Below, piece by piece: positions 48,199 through 57,730 of a DNA stretch of 64,000 nt. Positions within the stretch are counted from its first letter, which is position 1. Each line of letters opens with the position of its first letter. Made by a program: the position numbers and the translations under genes. The notes below the pieces were generated by a model. The model was not told where the DNA came from. It did not search any database and saw only the letters and a program-made list of their open reading frames with translations. The stretch is from a virus. Taxonomy: Duplodnaviria > Caudoviricetes. The stretch lies in IMG/VR virus record IMGVR_UViG_3300011008_000028, one strand, 5' to 3'.

Positions 48199-51100
48199 CG
48201 TTTGTCTACCAAACTTTATAACTCATGTGGACTATATCTTCACATCAAACGATATGTCTGCCGTTTCCATTTAAGGGAGCTCATCCCCACCTTATTAAGG
48301 CCGTACTCTCTTTTGAGATAGTCTCTGAACACATATCCCTGTGGGATACTTCGCTGCGTCGATTAGCCAACTCTATTTATTTTTTACCATACCTTGAGAT
48401 ATTACCTCTTGCCATCATCTCTATTACTAGGATGATTTGGTATAAATAGATATTCCAGCTTTCCCGCAATTAGGCAGATATTTGTTAACCCGGGGCTCAA
48501 TGCATGAGCTTGACTTAAAGTCCCGGGAGTATCGCTGAAGGAATCGATAACGTGTAGTCACTTGAATCAGGTTTGACTTTACGTATCGTCATATCCAGGA
48601 TACTACCAAATGTAATTGTCAATTATCTTCCACCGTGTTCGCAACACACGGTGCGTTCTCTTATGAACTGCACTGTATCTCTACAGTAGTTGAGACTATA
48701 TCTTCTTAGACATGCACTTCCCATTATGATACCCTATTCCGTTGAGGTATCGACCGCTTGGTGGTACTCTACTAGGTCTATCTCTAGACTGGTTCGATAG
48801 TCGTTGAAGCGTCATCTATAGTATTTGCACCGAAGTCTCGATATGTACTTTCGGTGAGACTTAGTATCCGATATGCTAAGTCTGTATATGATTTCATCAG
48901 AATCAATAATACCTTGATCAAATAGATCATATATCTGGTCAGAGAGTTTGTACAGTTTACACGGTTCCAACCCAGGTATGTTATACTGATTGGATATTCG
49001 TCTCCATGTCCTTCCAAGTCGAATATCTTTAACGGCGTTATACGATACATGATATTGTCTAACGATGTCCATTGTGGTATATCCATTGGACAGAGCATTG
49101 CATATATCATGCACCGTATCAGGAGCCAATACTCTGGTTGTCTCAGATATCGTATACTCGGAAGAAACCTGTTTCCACTCTCCACGGTATTTGATCCCGA
49201 TGATGAATGATGCTGATAGGTGTGTTTGTTTTTCAATCGATTTGATACTCATTCCAGATGCTAGCAGCTCGCATACAAGTCGGGCTTGTTCTTCAGTATG
49301 TGTAGCATATGAACAAGCAGACCCTGTCTTGATCAATCCTGTACGGATTGCGTGATCTAGGTTCTCCTTCATTGTAACCCACTCCAGATTCCGATACCAT
49401 GCCAGGTTATGGTTACCATTGATATGGTTTACCTGGGGTTTGAACTCTGGATTTGGTATGAAGTACTTTGCAACCAGACGATGAATATCAAGTATCTTCC
49501 CGCAAATATACACATATGGATAGCCATGGTCTCTGGCCGGCTGAATCGGTATTGTCTGTATATGGCCTTTGATTCTGACTGTACCCACATTGGATATTTC
49601 ATATCCAGTAGGTGTTCCGAATACAATTTCTTTCCACTCTGGATTATTTAAGTCTCGTATGTAATCATTCAACAGTTGGATTTCTCCTATCTGTAATTCT
49701 ACCTCTGGTTTGTTGAATAATTCCATACTTCTTGTATCTCTATTATCTTGGAGCATCTGGGTTATTACATCCAGTGCCGACATATGATTTCATGAATTCC
49801 TTTCTATATGTATTTCGGATTTGATTACTATAGATGCTTGCCTGCGGATTGACTGTATACATGATGATTTTACCATCCCTAATCCGTTATGATTAGTGCT
49901 ACATAATACATTGCTGTACTACTGCGGTTATCATGTCTTGGCCAGTCTTCCCCGACAATTCACATGTTTTTACAATCCCCCAAAGTTAAGGATTCCTATT
50001 GAGTATAATGTGCGGAGAATCCTCTTCTATAACTCTCTGCATTACAGAATACACATAGGGATCATAGTTGAACTTTGATGCCAGATAGTTTGATGCCTTG
50101 GTTATTGTCCAACCCTTATCCTTTATGATTCTGCGTAATATATGACCCTTATACTGATCAATGAAAGCCTTGTATGGAACATCGACTTCATCAATATGCA
50201 GTGTAGGATCCAGGACGATTACAGATCGTCCTGAATAATTCCATTCACCACCAAGGACGCTTGAACGCACTGCGCCGTGCTTCCCATCGATGAGTTGGAA
50301 GTTGATAGACCAAAGTTCGTTAGCCCTCATCTGTGCCTGATACAGATAGAGAGGAACCTCGATCGGTGTTGCTCTTTTCAAGTTGATTGAAATATTCACC
50401 AACGGATGAATCTGTTTGTCCCAATTATCTTCATAATAGTTCGCAATACTATTATCGTCTTCATACACCCATTTGAAGACTGCTGCACCTCTCGGTACAT
50501 GTTGTGACTATATCTTCATGAGTAATCTGTTACCAATTACTACATGCTCCCCATTTCCGCTTTAGATACAGGCCATTCCACTGCCTGTATGAACCCGTTT
50601 GCTTGGCCCGTACTCTACTGACACTATGTATGGTATTTCTCCAATACTAGTGTTGGTCGATAGTCGATGAAGGTTATACTTTATTGAATACCATTTTCTT
50701 TCTTATAATTTCTTCTTATTAGACAAATCAATGCTTTATCAGACTCATTGAGAGGGTCCATTCCAACTTGTTTCGCTATTTCCTTTGAGGTTTGATTTAT
50801 ATCAACACCATTATCGAATGCTCGCTTGACCATTTCTGTTATACTTCGAGGCGGAAGATATATAGATTTCGTTAATCCAGGTATATCATATTGATCGGAA
50901 ATCTTTCTATAACATCTTCCTTTTGCAATTGCTCTAACCATAGATCGTGTCATTCGATCGTCTTCAATTGTATTTGCAATATCCGCATATCCTTCTCCTT
51001 CCTGGAGACGTTTGCATATACCATGAATCATTTCATCAGGAAAACGTTCTCTCTTTTCCGGCCAAGGGATATTATACTCTTTAGAAATATACATCCATGC

Positions 51101-54100
51101 GTCCCTATGTAAGATATTGGCGCAGAGGTGATAATCAAGATTATATTCCTTGGATATCTTTTGAAATGGCATACCCTCTTCAAGTTTCCGACATATGAAC
51201 CGGACAACATCCTCTGTATATTTTGAAAGAGAATTCTTTTCACCAAGAGGTCGTAGATGCGTGTCATAACTATGATGGATATTCTCCTTCATTGTAACCC
51301 ACTCCAGATTCCGATACCAATTATGATGTTTGATTCCATCAATATGATTCACCTGTGGTTTATTTTCAGGATTAGGAATAAATGCTTCCGCCACTGCTCT
51401 GTGAATACGAACTGTTCGGAAATTTTTCTTGCCGCCTAATGACATCACAAACGATGGATACCCCCGCGTACCTTTATTATTTTTATTATAGGTGCCACTA
51501 GTAATATTTCCGGTCTTCGTATTACGCAATAACCCGGTATTTGAAATCTCATATGTGGTCTGTAAACCATCAACAAATATGGGTTTCCATTTAGGAAATA
51601 GAGTATCTTCAGTTAATTCATTGATTGTTTGGATATCTCTAATGTCCAATTGGATGAAAGGTTTCCCAAAATATTCAATGGAAAGAGCATCCCTGCGACT
51701 TTCAAAATCAACTGAAATTTTGTCTAATAATTTATCAGATATTTCCATAGTATTCCTCCTGAATCGTCTCAGGAAGTAAAGTATATTTCCATGCCTGTGA
51801 TTATCCCTACCTATCAGGCTTTTACAATCCCTGGGTCGTTATACCCAGTGCTACATACAATGTCACCACTGTACTGCTGTGCTGATAGTATATCAGGAAC
51901 TTCCGGCAATTAAAGGAGTTTTACTTCACCCGAGATCTAATTTATTATAGTTGATAATTTTTATTTTATATACAACTTGATTAGATCTAATCAAAATGAA
52001 CTGAAGAAGAAGTTCTCCGTATTGATTGCCATAGGCCTTAACGCAGTTGAATAAACAGGGAGTACTGAGGTCCAAACAAGATCCTTGTCTCTGATAAGGG
52101 AATCAATGAGATCTGCTTTCTGTTTCCGTTTCCCCTTATAATACTCCATGATTTCTTCAAAATTTTGGTAGAAAGCATTTACCATATGTTCACAACGAGT
52201 CGCAAGTTCGTTGCCGTTCTCTTATGAACCGCTCTATGTCTCCATAGATGTGCAGACTATATCTTCCCAATATACCTATTACCGAGTATACTAGGTCTCT
52301 CGTTTCCACTTACGGTATACACCATTCCACTGTGTATACGACCCCATATGCAATTGGGCTGTACTCTACTGACAGGACACGGGGTGTTTCTCCACTGTGT
52401 CCTGATGGTCGATAGTCGTTGAAGCTGATAGTAATTCAAATGTTATATTGATTTGATATTGCCATATAAACGTGCTTGTACTTGATATTAGATACGGTTG
52501 AATAGTCAACTCCGGTTTTCTTAGATATATCTACCATCGAGTATTCTTTGGATTCTAATAATTTGCACACTTGGTGAATGATTTCATCAGAATATTTGGC
52601 AATTGATCTATGATGGCATCTATCAGGTATTGGAATATTATACCCGGACGAAATCTCTGTCCATATTCGTTTTCCTTTAATCCCTGCTACCAAGGATTTG
52701 CTTGTTCCTGTTTGTTTGGCAATTTCATCAAGTTTCAATTTGTTTTCTTCTAATAATTTACATACTTGATGGACCTGTTCATTAGAATATATTGATCCGG
52801 CTCGCAGTTCACCGTTTCCAACAGGCTTAATATTATATTGTGATGAAATCTCTTTCCAGTTCTTTCTGCATTTTATTACAGATACCAATCCTTTTGGTAC
52901 TCCTAGAAGATTTGCAATTTCTTTCTGTTTTAGAATATCTTCTTCCAATAATTTGCAGATTTTATGAATTACTTCTGGATCGTATACATGATAAGATCCA
53001 CAAGTAGCATCAAGAGATTCTCGTAATCCTGTGCGGATTGCGTGATCAATATTTTCCTGATTGGTACACCATTCAAGATTGGAAACATTATTATTCAATT
53101 TATTCCCATCTTTATGATTGATTTCAGGTTTCCCATCTGGATTCGGGATAAAGGCTTCTGCTACTAGACGATGAACTTTTCGATTGAAACGTTTCCCGTC
53201 TATATAGATTCCAACCTGAGGATACTCATCTGTATCCAAGCATGGTTGTAATAGAATGTTATGTACCAAACTCCGTATCATACCGTTTTCACTTACATAA
53301 TACTTAGTTGCCCGATTATCAATATACACAGTTCGCCAATCCATTGATAACAATTTCTCATCTAGATCACTTAATTTGATTCTTTTATTCCGTTTCTTAC
53401 CCAGATATATCACATCCTTTCGTATGATATGAATTACTATCTTGCCTGCGGGTTTACTTTAGTCATATGATTTTACCATCCCTGGCCCGTTATAGCCAGT
53501 GCTACCACCTGTGTCACCACGGTGTGCGGTTATATGAATCATTCAAGTACTTTCCGCAATTATGAGAGAAAGGGCAAAACTTTACCCTATGTTATGATAC
53601 ATTAGCATAGACTTCTTAACTTCGATCTGATCATTGTGTTTACGTATTTGGCCATTAGCGGTAATTATATTTTCATTTGAGATTATATTTTCGAGAACTT
53701 TTCTGGAGAGAGCACTTTGCATGCGCTGATAAAACAACAATATCTTCAGTATGATTCGCAACATCATACCCGCTTTATTCAAGCTGCACTGTATCTCTAC
53801 AGTAGTTGAGACTATATCTTACCATATACACTGTTACCATGTATACAGTCCTCTCGTTTCGCATTACTCGGGGCACTTCCAATGCTACCCGCCTCCCTTG
53901 AGGGCTACTCTACTGTCTAACCCAGGGTATTTTCTCCAGCTGGGTGAAGATGGTCGATAGTCGTTGAACTTTTAATTATTACATGCTAATTTTAAAATTT
54001 CTTTCTGCTCGGCTAAATTCATGGATTCAAATTCTATTAAACTGATAAATGCATCCAGTGGCATTAATGTATCATTGGTAATATTATGAACGATAGTATC

Positions 54101-55668
54101 AGGAGTTAATTTATCATTTAGAGCATTGATAACATAAGCTCTCAGTCCATCCGTCTGATAAGGACGTTTAGAATCATTAAATGCAATGAATTCACTCATT
54201 GATACAATTTCTCCCGACGTCCCATATTTCATTTTGGAACTCTTATATTTGTTCCCATCATGAATTGATCCATCAATGTCTACCAGAATTTCACCAGTTT
54301 GAAGATAAATTCGAAAATCCCAATTATACATAAATGATACCATTGAAGAATGTACTATTGGATTGAATGGGAATAATGTGTCAAAATCTGGATGTTTGAA
54401 AACATTTGAACTTTGACGATCATATGAAATCTTTAAGATATTAAGAATCCTTGCAAATTCAAGTTCAGTTGGCGGCATATAATCATTTTCATTAGTGATT
54501 GATTTTTGATGACCAATTGCTCTATTTATGTCCCATATCAATCGCTCTTCGGGAGTCATATGATTCCACCATTTTATGATACCTTCTGATACATGTGATT
54601 TCCATTCAGATCGTTCTTCATCTGACATATTCATATGCCAGCGTTTGGTATTTCTGGAACGAACTATTGATGCTTTGGTACGTTCATAATCACTCATATT
54701 CGCCCATCTACGTTTACCTGCCTCGGATTCTTTGTGCTTCATCCTAGTTATTTCTTCAATTGTTGCATTTGAACGCCATTCTTTTAATATTTTAGCCGAG
54801 CGTTGAGCCCTTAATTCTGCAACATTTGCAGGAATTGTTTCCCAATAATGTGTCATATTCGTACGACTAATTTCTGCATGTTGCTGTTGCTCTTCCGGAG
54901 TTTTCACAGCCCATCGGTTCTTTCCATTTTCAGCAATAGCTTGTGAAAGCTCATGTATATCATTGCTTTTCAGACCGGAAATATTTTGTAAACTTTGTAG
55001 AGCTTTCCTCCTCTTTTGTTCTGGACTCATATTCTTATTTGCATTCTTCAGTTTACACTTTCTACAAATTTGAATATAGCCATCTTTATGATGACGGATT
55101 GACCCATATGTCATCGAATATGATTTACCACACTGGATGCATATAAAATGCATCAGTTTAGCATCTTTTTCTTTACGATGAATATTCCCTAATTCACTAC
55201 TCATATTACCACCTCCTTCCTCAATTAATAATCTGCATGTAATAAATGTTAGCTGCGGATTAGCCAATCCAGGGCGTTGTTACGATCCGTACGGCGTTAT
55301 CCGTACTGCTGCCAGGCATGTCACCATACCTGCGCCGTGTCCCTGGCTCTTTTGTAAGGTTCGAAATTAATCCACCCAGTGTATTCAATGTCAACGTCCT
55401 TGTACTCAATCTTAGTACCACATTCCGGGCACACTTCCCCTTCAAAGGCCGCACCGATGTATTTACCACATTTGCAGCGATATCTTTCCAGGAAAGCATT
55501 CGTATCCGACATTATAGTACCATATCGAGGTGAACGAGGGCCGTCCATGTTACGGATAGTCTTATCCACATCAGAGAACGGGCCTTCACTGATTAAGAAG
55601 CCTCTTCCATTGATACAGTCGTATGCGCACTCACTTTCGAAATTGATTCTCGAGAAGTTTATCCTCAT
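48022..55668 (-). CDS. non-virion RNA polymerase beta' N-terminal subunit (phiKZ gp55/AR9-like), 6 exons: 55668-~55351, 53737-53584, 52181-51995, 50421-49989, 48619-48518, 48198-48022
   Basis: joined exons give ~456 aa: CKCG..CPECG..GWI / LFYQ..HNIG-L-NAFY / LPVYSTALRP / GKHGAVRSSVLGG..NYSGRSVI..LNRNP / TITFGSI..ILPGL / NADFDGD; exons 2-6 join in frame at U|..G| junctions (exon 3/4 junction +/-1 nt). Confidence 0.9.
48199..48517 (-). ncRNA. group I intron 5, no ORF (319 nt)
   Basis: P AAUUGCGGGAA, Q GACGCAGC, R UUCAGAGACUA, S AAGAUAUAGUC; separates ..PGL| from |NADFDGD. Confidence 0.9.
48518..48619 (-). CDS. beta'-N exon 5 (34 aa)
   Basis: TITFGSILDMTIRKVKPDSSDYTLSIPSAILPGL links NRNP to NADFDGD. 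Confidence 0.88.
48620..49988 (-). mobile_element. group I intron 4 with HNH homing endonuclease
   Basis: P1 AAUCCU/GGGAUU, Q AAUCCGCAGG, R UUCAACGACUA, S AAGAUAUAGUC. Confidence 0.9.
48812..49783 (-). CDS. HNH homing endonuclease (NUMOD4/I-HmuI-like) with HTH repeats
   Basis: YEISNVG, IHRLVAKYFIPNP..QVNHINGN..NLEWVT.KEN..HA. Confidence 0.9.
   Translation of the reverse strand: MSALDVITQMLQDNRDTRSMELFNKPEVELQIGEIQLLNDYIRDLNNPEWKEIVFGTPTGYEISNVGTVRIKGHIQTIPIQPARDHGYPYVYICGKILDIHRLVAKYFIPNPEFKPQVNHINGNHNLAWYRNLEWVTMKENLDHAIRTGLIKTGSACSYATHTEEQARLVCELLASGMSIKSIEKQTHLSASFIIGIKYRGEWKQVSSEYTISETTRVLAPDTVHDICNALSNGYTTMDIVRQYHVSYNAVKDIRLGRTWRRISNQYNIPGLEPCKLYKLSDQIYDLFDQGIIDSDEIIYRLSISDTKSHRKYISRLRCKYYR
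49989..50421 (-). CDS. beta'-N exon 4
   Basis: DKQIHPLV..GKHGAVRSSVLGGEWNYSGRSVIV..LNRNP. Confidence 0.9.
50422..51994 (-). mobile_element. group I intron 3 with HNH homing endonuclease
   Basis: P AAUUGCCGGAA, R UUCAUCGACUA, S AAGAUAUAGUC; 3' end GAAGAUAAUUG as in intron 4. Confidence 0.88.
50681..51748 (-). CDS. HNH homing endonuclease
   Basis: YEISNTG, IHRAVAEAFIPNP..QVNHIDG.K..N..NLEWVT. Confidence 0.9.
   Translation of the reverse strand: MEISDKLLDKISVDFESRRDALSIEYFGKPFIQLDIRDIQTINELTEDTLFPKWKPIFVDGLQTTYEISNTGLLRNTKTGNITSGTYNKNNKGTRGYPSFVMSLGGKKNFRTVRIHRAVAEAFIPNPENKPQVNHIDGIKHHNWYRNLEWVTMKENIHHSYDTHLRPLGEKNSLSKYTEDVVRFICRKLEEGMPFQKISKEYNLDYHLCANILHRDAWMYISKEYNIPWPEKRERFPDEMIHGICKRLQEGEGYADIANTIEDDRMTRSMVRAIAKGRCYRKISDQYDIPGLTKSIYLPPRSITEMVKRAFDNGVDINQTSKEIAKQVGMDPLNESDKALICLIRRNYKKENGIQ
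51995..52181 (-). CDS. beta'-N exon 3
   Basis: NAFYQNFEEIMEYY..LPVYSTALRP. Confidence 0.85.
52182..53583 (-). mobile_element. group I intron 2 with HNH homing endonuclease
   Basis: P1 AGGGU/GCCCU, P3 UCUCUC/GAGAGA, P AAUUGCGGAAA, Q ACCCGCAGG, R and S motifs. Confidence 0.9.
52436..53413 (-). CDS. HNH homing endonuclease with three C-terminal HTH repeats
   Basis: VHRLVAEAFIPNP..EINHKDGNKLNN.VSNLEW; 3x IH..CKLLE..IA..G..IK..W..IS..YNI. Confidence 0.9.
   Translation of the reverse strand: MIYLGKKRNKRIKLSDLDEKLLSMDWRTVYIDNRATKYYVSENGMIRSLVHNILLQPCLDTDEYPQVGIYIDGKRFNRKVHRLVAEAFIPNPDGKPEINHKDGNKLNNNVSNLEWCTNQENIDHAIRTGLRESLDATCGSYHVYDPEVIHKICKLLEEDILKQKEIANLLGVPKGLVSVIKCRKNWKEISSQYNIKPVGNGELRAGSIYSNEQVHQVCKLLEENKLKLDEIAKQTGTSKSLVAGIKGKRIWTEISSGYNIPIPDRCHHRSIAKYSDEIIHQVCKLLESKEYSMVDISKKTGVDYSTVSNIKYKHVYMAISNQYNI
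53584..53737 (-). CDS. beta'-N exon 2
   Basis: LFYQRMQSALSRKVLENIIS..YHNIG, following GAAGAUAUUG|. Confidence 0.82.
53738..55350 (-). mobile_element. group I intron 1 (apparently 5'-truncated) with Vsr/EDxHD-like endonuclease
   Basis: P5abc-like arm, Q AAUCCGCAGC, R, S and P9 present; no P1/P3/P element between exon 1 and P5. Confidence 0.8.
53972..55204 (-). CDS. intron-encoded Vsr-like (EDxHD) homing endonuclease with Zn finger and Trp-helical repeats
   Basis: CIQC..CRKC; repeated W.nM..EE units; PTELEF..NWDF..LVDIDGSIH; ATG 55204 after AAGGAGG. Confidence 0.75.
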   Translation of the reverse strand: MSSELGNIHRKEKDAKLMHFICIQCGKSYSMTYGSIRHHKDGYIQICRKCKLKNANKNMSPEQKRRKALQSLQNISGLKSNDIHELSQAIAENGKNRWAVKTPEEQQQHAEISRTNMTHYWETIPANVAELRAQRSAKILKEWRSNATIEEITRMKHKESEAGKRRWANMSDYERTKASIVRSRNTKRWHMNMSDEERSEWKSHVSEGIIKWWNHMTPEERLIWDINRAIGHQKSITNENDYMPPTELEFARILNILKISYDRQSSNVFKHPDFDTLFPFNPIVHSSMVSFMYNWDFRIYLQTGEILVDIDGSIHDGNKYKSSKMKYGTSGEIVSMSEFIAFNDSKRPYQTDGLRAYVINALNDKLTPDTIVHNITNDTLMPLDAFISLIEFESMNLAEQKEILKLACNN

Positions 55669-55709
55669 GCCGTTTCCTCCTTTTGATTTCAAAAATTGAT
55701 TTTGATGAT

Positions 55710-56009
55710 TTAATTAGACATTGGAACCACCTCTTTCGAATGAAATATCCCCTCAGTGCCGCCGATTCTAATCGGTTCCCTGGTAATGTTTAATTCATTA
55801 ACCAGCCTCATCATCCAAGTGTCATGCAATGCATCTGTGTCGTTGTCAGATTCTTGATATATAGTGTAATTCGTGAACTTCGGATATTCCGTGTGGATGA
55901 ACTCCTCCACAGTTTGCTTATCCACGGCATGATCGAATTTCAATCTATATTCAAATATCGACTCGCCTTTTGTGCATGTAGCAATAGCACACTCACATAT
56001 GCCTTCCAT
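55710..56009 (-). CDS. hypothetical protein
   Basis: 99 aa, AAGGAGG RBS. Confidence 0.65.
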   Translation of the reverse strand: MEGICECAIATCTKGESIFEYRLKFDHAVDKQTVEEFIHTEYPKFTNYTIYQESDNDTDALHDTWMMRLVNELNITREPIRIGGTEGIFHSKEVVPMSN

Positions 56010-56331
56010 AGTACGCCTCCTTCCTGTTGACTATGAACAAACCTCTGGTATACTCAGAAGTTATTCGTTTACACTTCTTCAAAATGCCACTTTCTACACC
56101 TTTTTGATCCAGAAGATGTAAGAATTGTTTATTTATTATTCTGGCAAATCGCCGGGTGATATCATACCCGTTCACTTCCATGAAGTATATTCCAGTCGAA
56201 ATTGAAATACAGCGTTTCAGTTCATCCATGTATATGGATACTATTGTTGGGATAGTGCTATATATTACACTGAGTTCCTGTTCATATGCCCATAACAGCT
56301 TCTCCAAGACATTAGGATAGTATTTCTTCAT
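55993..56331 (-). CDS. hypothetical protein
   Basis: 112 aa, GAGG RBS. Confidence 0.6.
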   Translation of the reverse strand: MKKYYPNVLEKLLWAYEQELSVIYSTIPTIVSIYMDELKRCISISTGIYFMEVNGYDITRRFARIINKQFLHLLDQKGVESGILKKCKRITSEYTRGLFIVNRKEAYYGRHM

Positions 56332-56361
56332 AGCTGTACCTCATAAGAACCAGTGTAGGAT

Positions 56362-56574
56362 TCATAGCTCAATCCTCCTGATTTCATTCGAATTGATATT
56401 CTGAATCACCATGAAGCGGGTCTTATCATCGTTCTTGGAAGCCGCCTTAGATCCATCGGACGAAACTGTTTCTGTCTTAACATACATCCAGTCTTTCATG
56501 TCATCATTTGGAATGCCGTTCATCTTCAGTGTCATACGCTGTGTAGCTGTAAGTTTCTTAAGCTTCATCTTCAT
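56362..56574 (-). CDS. small hypothetical protein
   Basis: KKLTATQR..LK.NG...DW pattern; GGAGG RBS. Confidence 0.65.
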   Translation of the reverse strand: MKMKLKKLTATQRMTLKMNGIPNDDMKDWMYVKTETVSSDGSKAASKNDDKTRFMVIQNINSNEIRRIEL

Positions 56575-56941
56575 CCTCCACTAAAGGCATGCTTGCCTTG
56601 ATTATATCGGCTATGATACTTCCCAGATCTCCGAAGGTATCGACGAATATTCCCAGCAGGGCGATGTCAACCTTCGGAATCTTATCATTGGATGGGAACT
56701 TCCAAACTGTACCAGGGCTTCCTGTCGGGCGTCTGTCTCGGATACTGAACACATGAACCTCCGGACTGATTGCCATCACAGAAATGGAAGCAGTATGTTC
56801 GCCATCCTTCTTAATCATCAAAAGTTTATGACTAGTTTCGATGGTGTCTTTGATGTACTCGACACTATATTCATCTACTGGAAATGGACCGTTAGTATCC
56901 AGATATGCACAGAACTTGTCAAACCATTCTATCAGATTCAT
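56558..56941 (-). CDS. hypothetical protein
   Basis: 127 aa, GAGG RBS. Confidence 0.65.
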   Translation of the reverse strand: MNLIEWFDKFCAYLDTNGPFPVDEYSVEYIKDTIETSHKLLMIKKDGEHTASISVMAISPEVHVFSIRDRRPTGSPGTVWKFPSNDKIPKVDIALLGIFVDTFGDLGSIIADIIKASMPLVEDEDEA

Positions 56942-56962
56942 GTACTATCACCTCTCATTCTA

Positions 56963-57490
56963 TTACGAATATATCTTGCCAAGCTTCATATGTGAGAACC
57001 AGTTCCCACCAGTTGCATTCGAAAGGCAAGATGTTGTCTGAAGTTTCTTATAGACGAAATTAATCATCTCATTGATACGACTAACTGCTTCCGGATCAAA
57101 AGGAGCATTAATCCCGCTATTATCTTCGTCAATCATTGAAAGATCAACTTTGAATATGGGATTCAATAGCAGCATGAACTCTCCACAATCGATGATCTTC
57201 ACATTCTTCAGAATGGGCATATTCTCATATTCCGGTATCGTGAAGATGTTCTCATAGTAGGCAGAATACATCGGTTCCTCAGTACTGTACGAATCCCGAT
57301 ATAGTTCCACCGACTGGAAGTCATCTGAAAGTTTAATCCTGTTAAATGTGTTTGAAACTTCACCGACAATATGCTCCGAGTGTAGTTCATCAGGAAGATC
57401 GTAATCCCATGCAAATATTACGGCGACCAGTTGCCAATATGCAACTTCTTTATTAGGTTCCATTGACAGTCTCCTTGGTTTCTTTTTCAT
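56963..57490 (-). CDS. hypothetical protein
   Basis: 175-aa ORF; likely start MEPNK after AAGGAG. Confidence 0.6.
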   Translation of the reverse strand: MKKKPRRLSMEPNKEVAYWQLVAVIFAWDYDLPDELHSEHIVGEVSNTFNRIKLSDDFQSVELYRDSYSTEEPMYSAYYENIFTIPEYENMPILKNVKIIDCGEFMLLLNPIFKVDLSMIDEDNSGINAPFDPEAVSRINEMINFVYKKLQTTSCLSNATGGNWFSHMKLGKIYS

Positions 57491-57674
57491 GTTGAGTTTT
57501 TGACTTCAAAAGATCAGGTATAATGATCGACTTATCACGGTCTAGAACGTCTGTTATATAGGACGGAATATCGATGAGAGAATTCATTGATTGAACCTTC
57601 TCCTGTGTAGTGGGTTTGAACAACGGTTTCCAATCTCCCACGATACAATGTCTTCCACGCCACATTATGTTCAC
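57453..57674 (-). CDS. small hypothetical protein
   Basis: AAGGAGG RBS after the palindrome. Confidence 0.5.
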   Translation of the reverse strand: MNIMWRGRHCIVGDWKPLFKPTTQEKVQSMNSLIDIPSYITDVLDRDKSIIIPDLLKSKTQHEKETKETVNGT

Positions 57675-57693
57675 CCTCCTTTAGATGAAAAGA

Positions 57694-57725
57694 AAGCATC
57701 ACATGGGATATCCCATGTGATGCTT
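57694..57725 (-). terminator. perfect 32-nt palindrome after the purA-like gene
   Basis: AAGCATCACATGGGATATCCCATGTGATGCTT plus U tract on the minus strand. Confidence 0.75.
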
Positions 57726-57730
57726 GTTTG

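Noticed and set aside
49986-50468. Tracked ORFs 49986..50468, 51991..52185, 53582..53782 and 55321..55692 as independent proteins
   Set aside because: They are exons of one RNAP subunit; their extra N- or C-terminal residues come from intron or upstream sequence.
48199-55350. Group II introns or IS elements
   Set aside because: There is no RT/maturase, transposase, GUGYG start or domain V; group I P/Q/R/S motifs and U|..G| junctions explain the structure.
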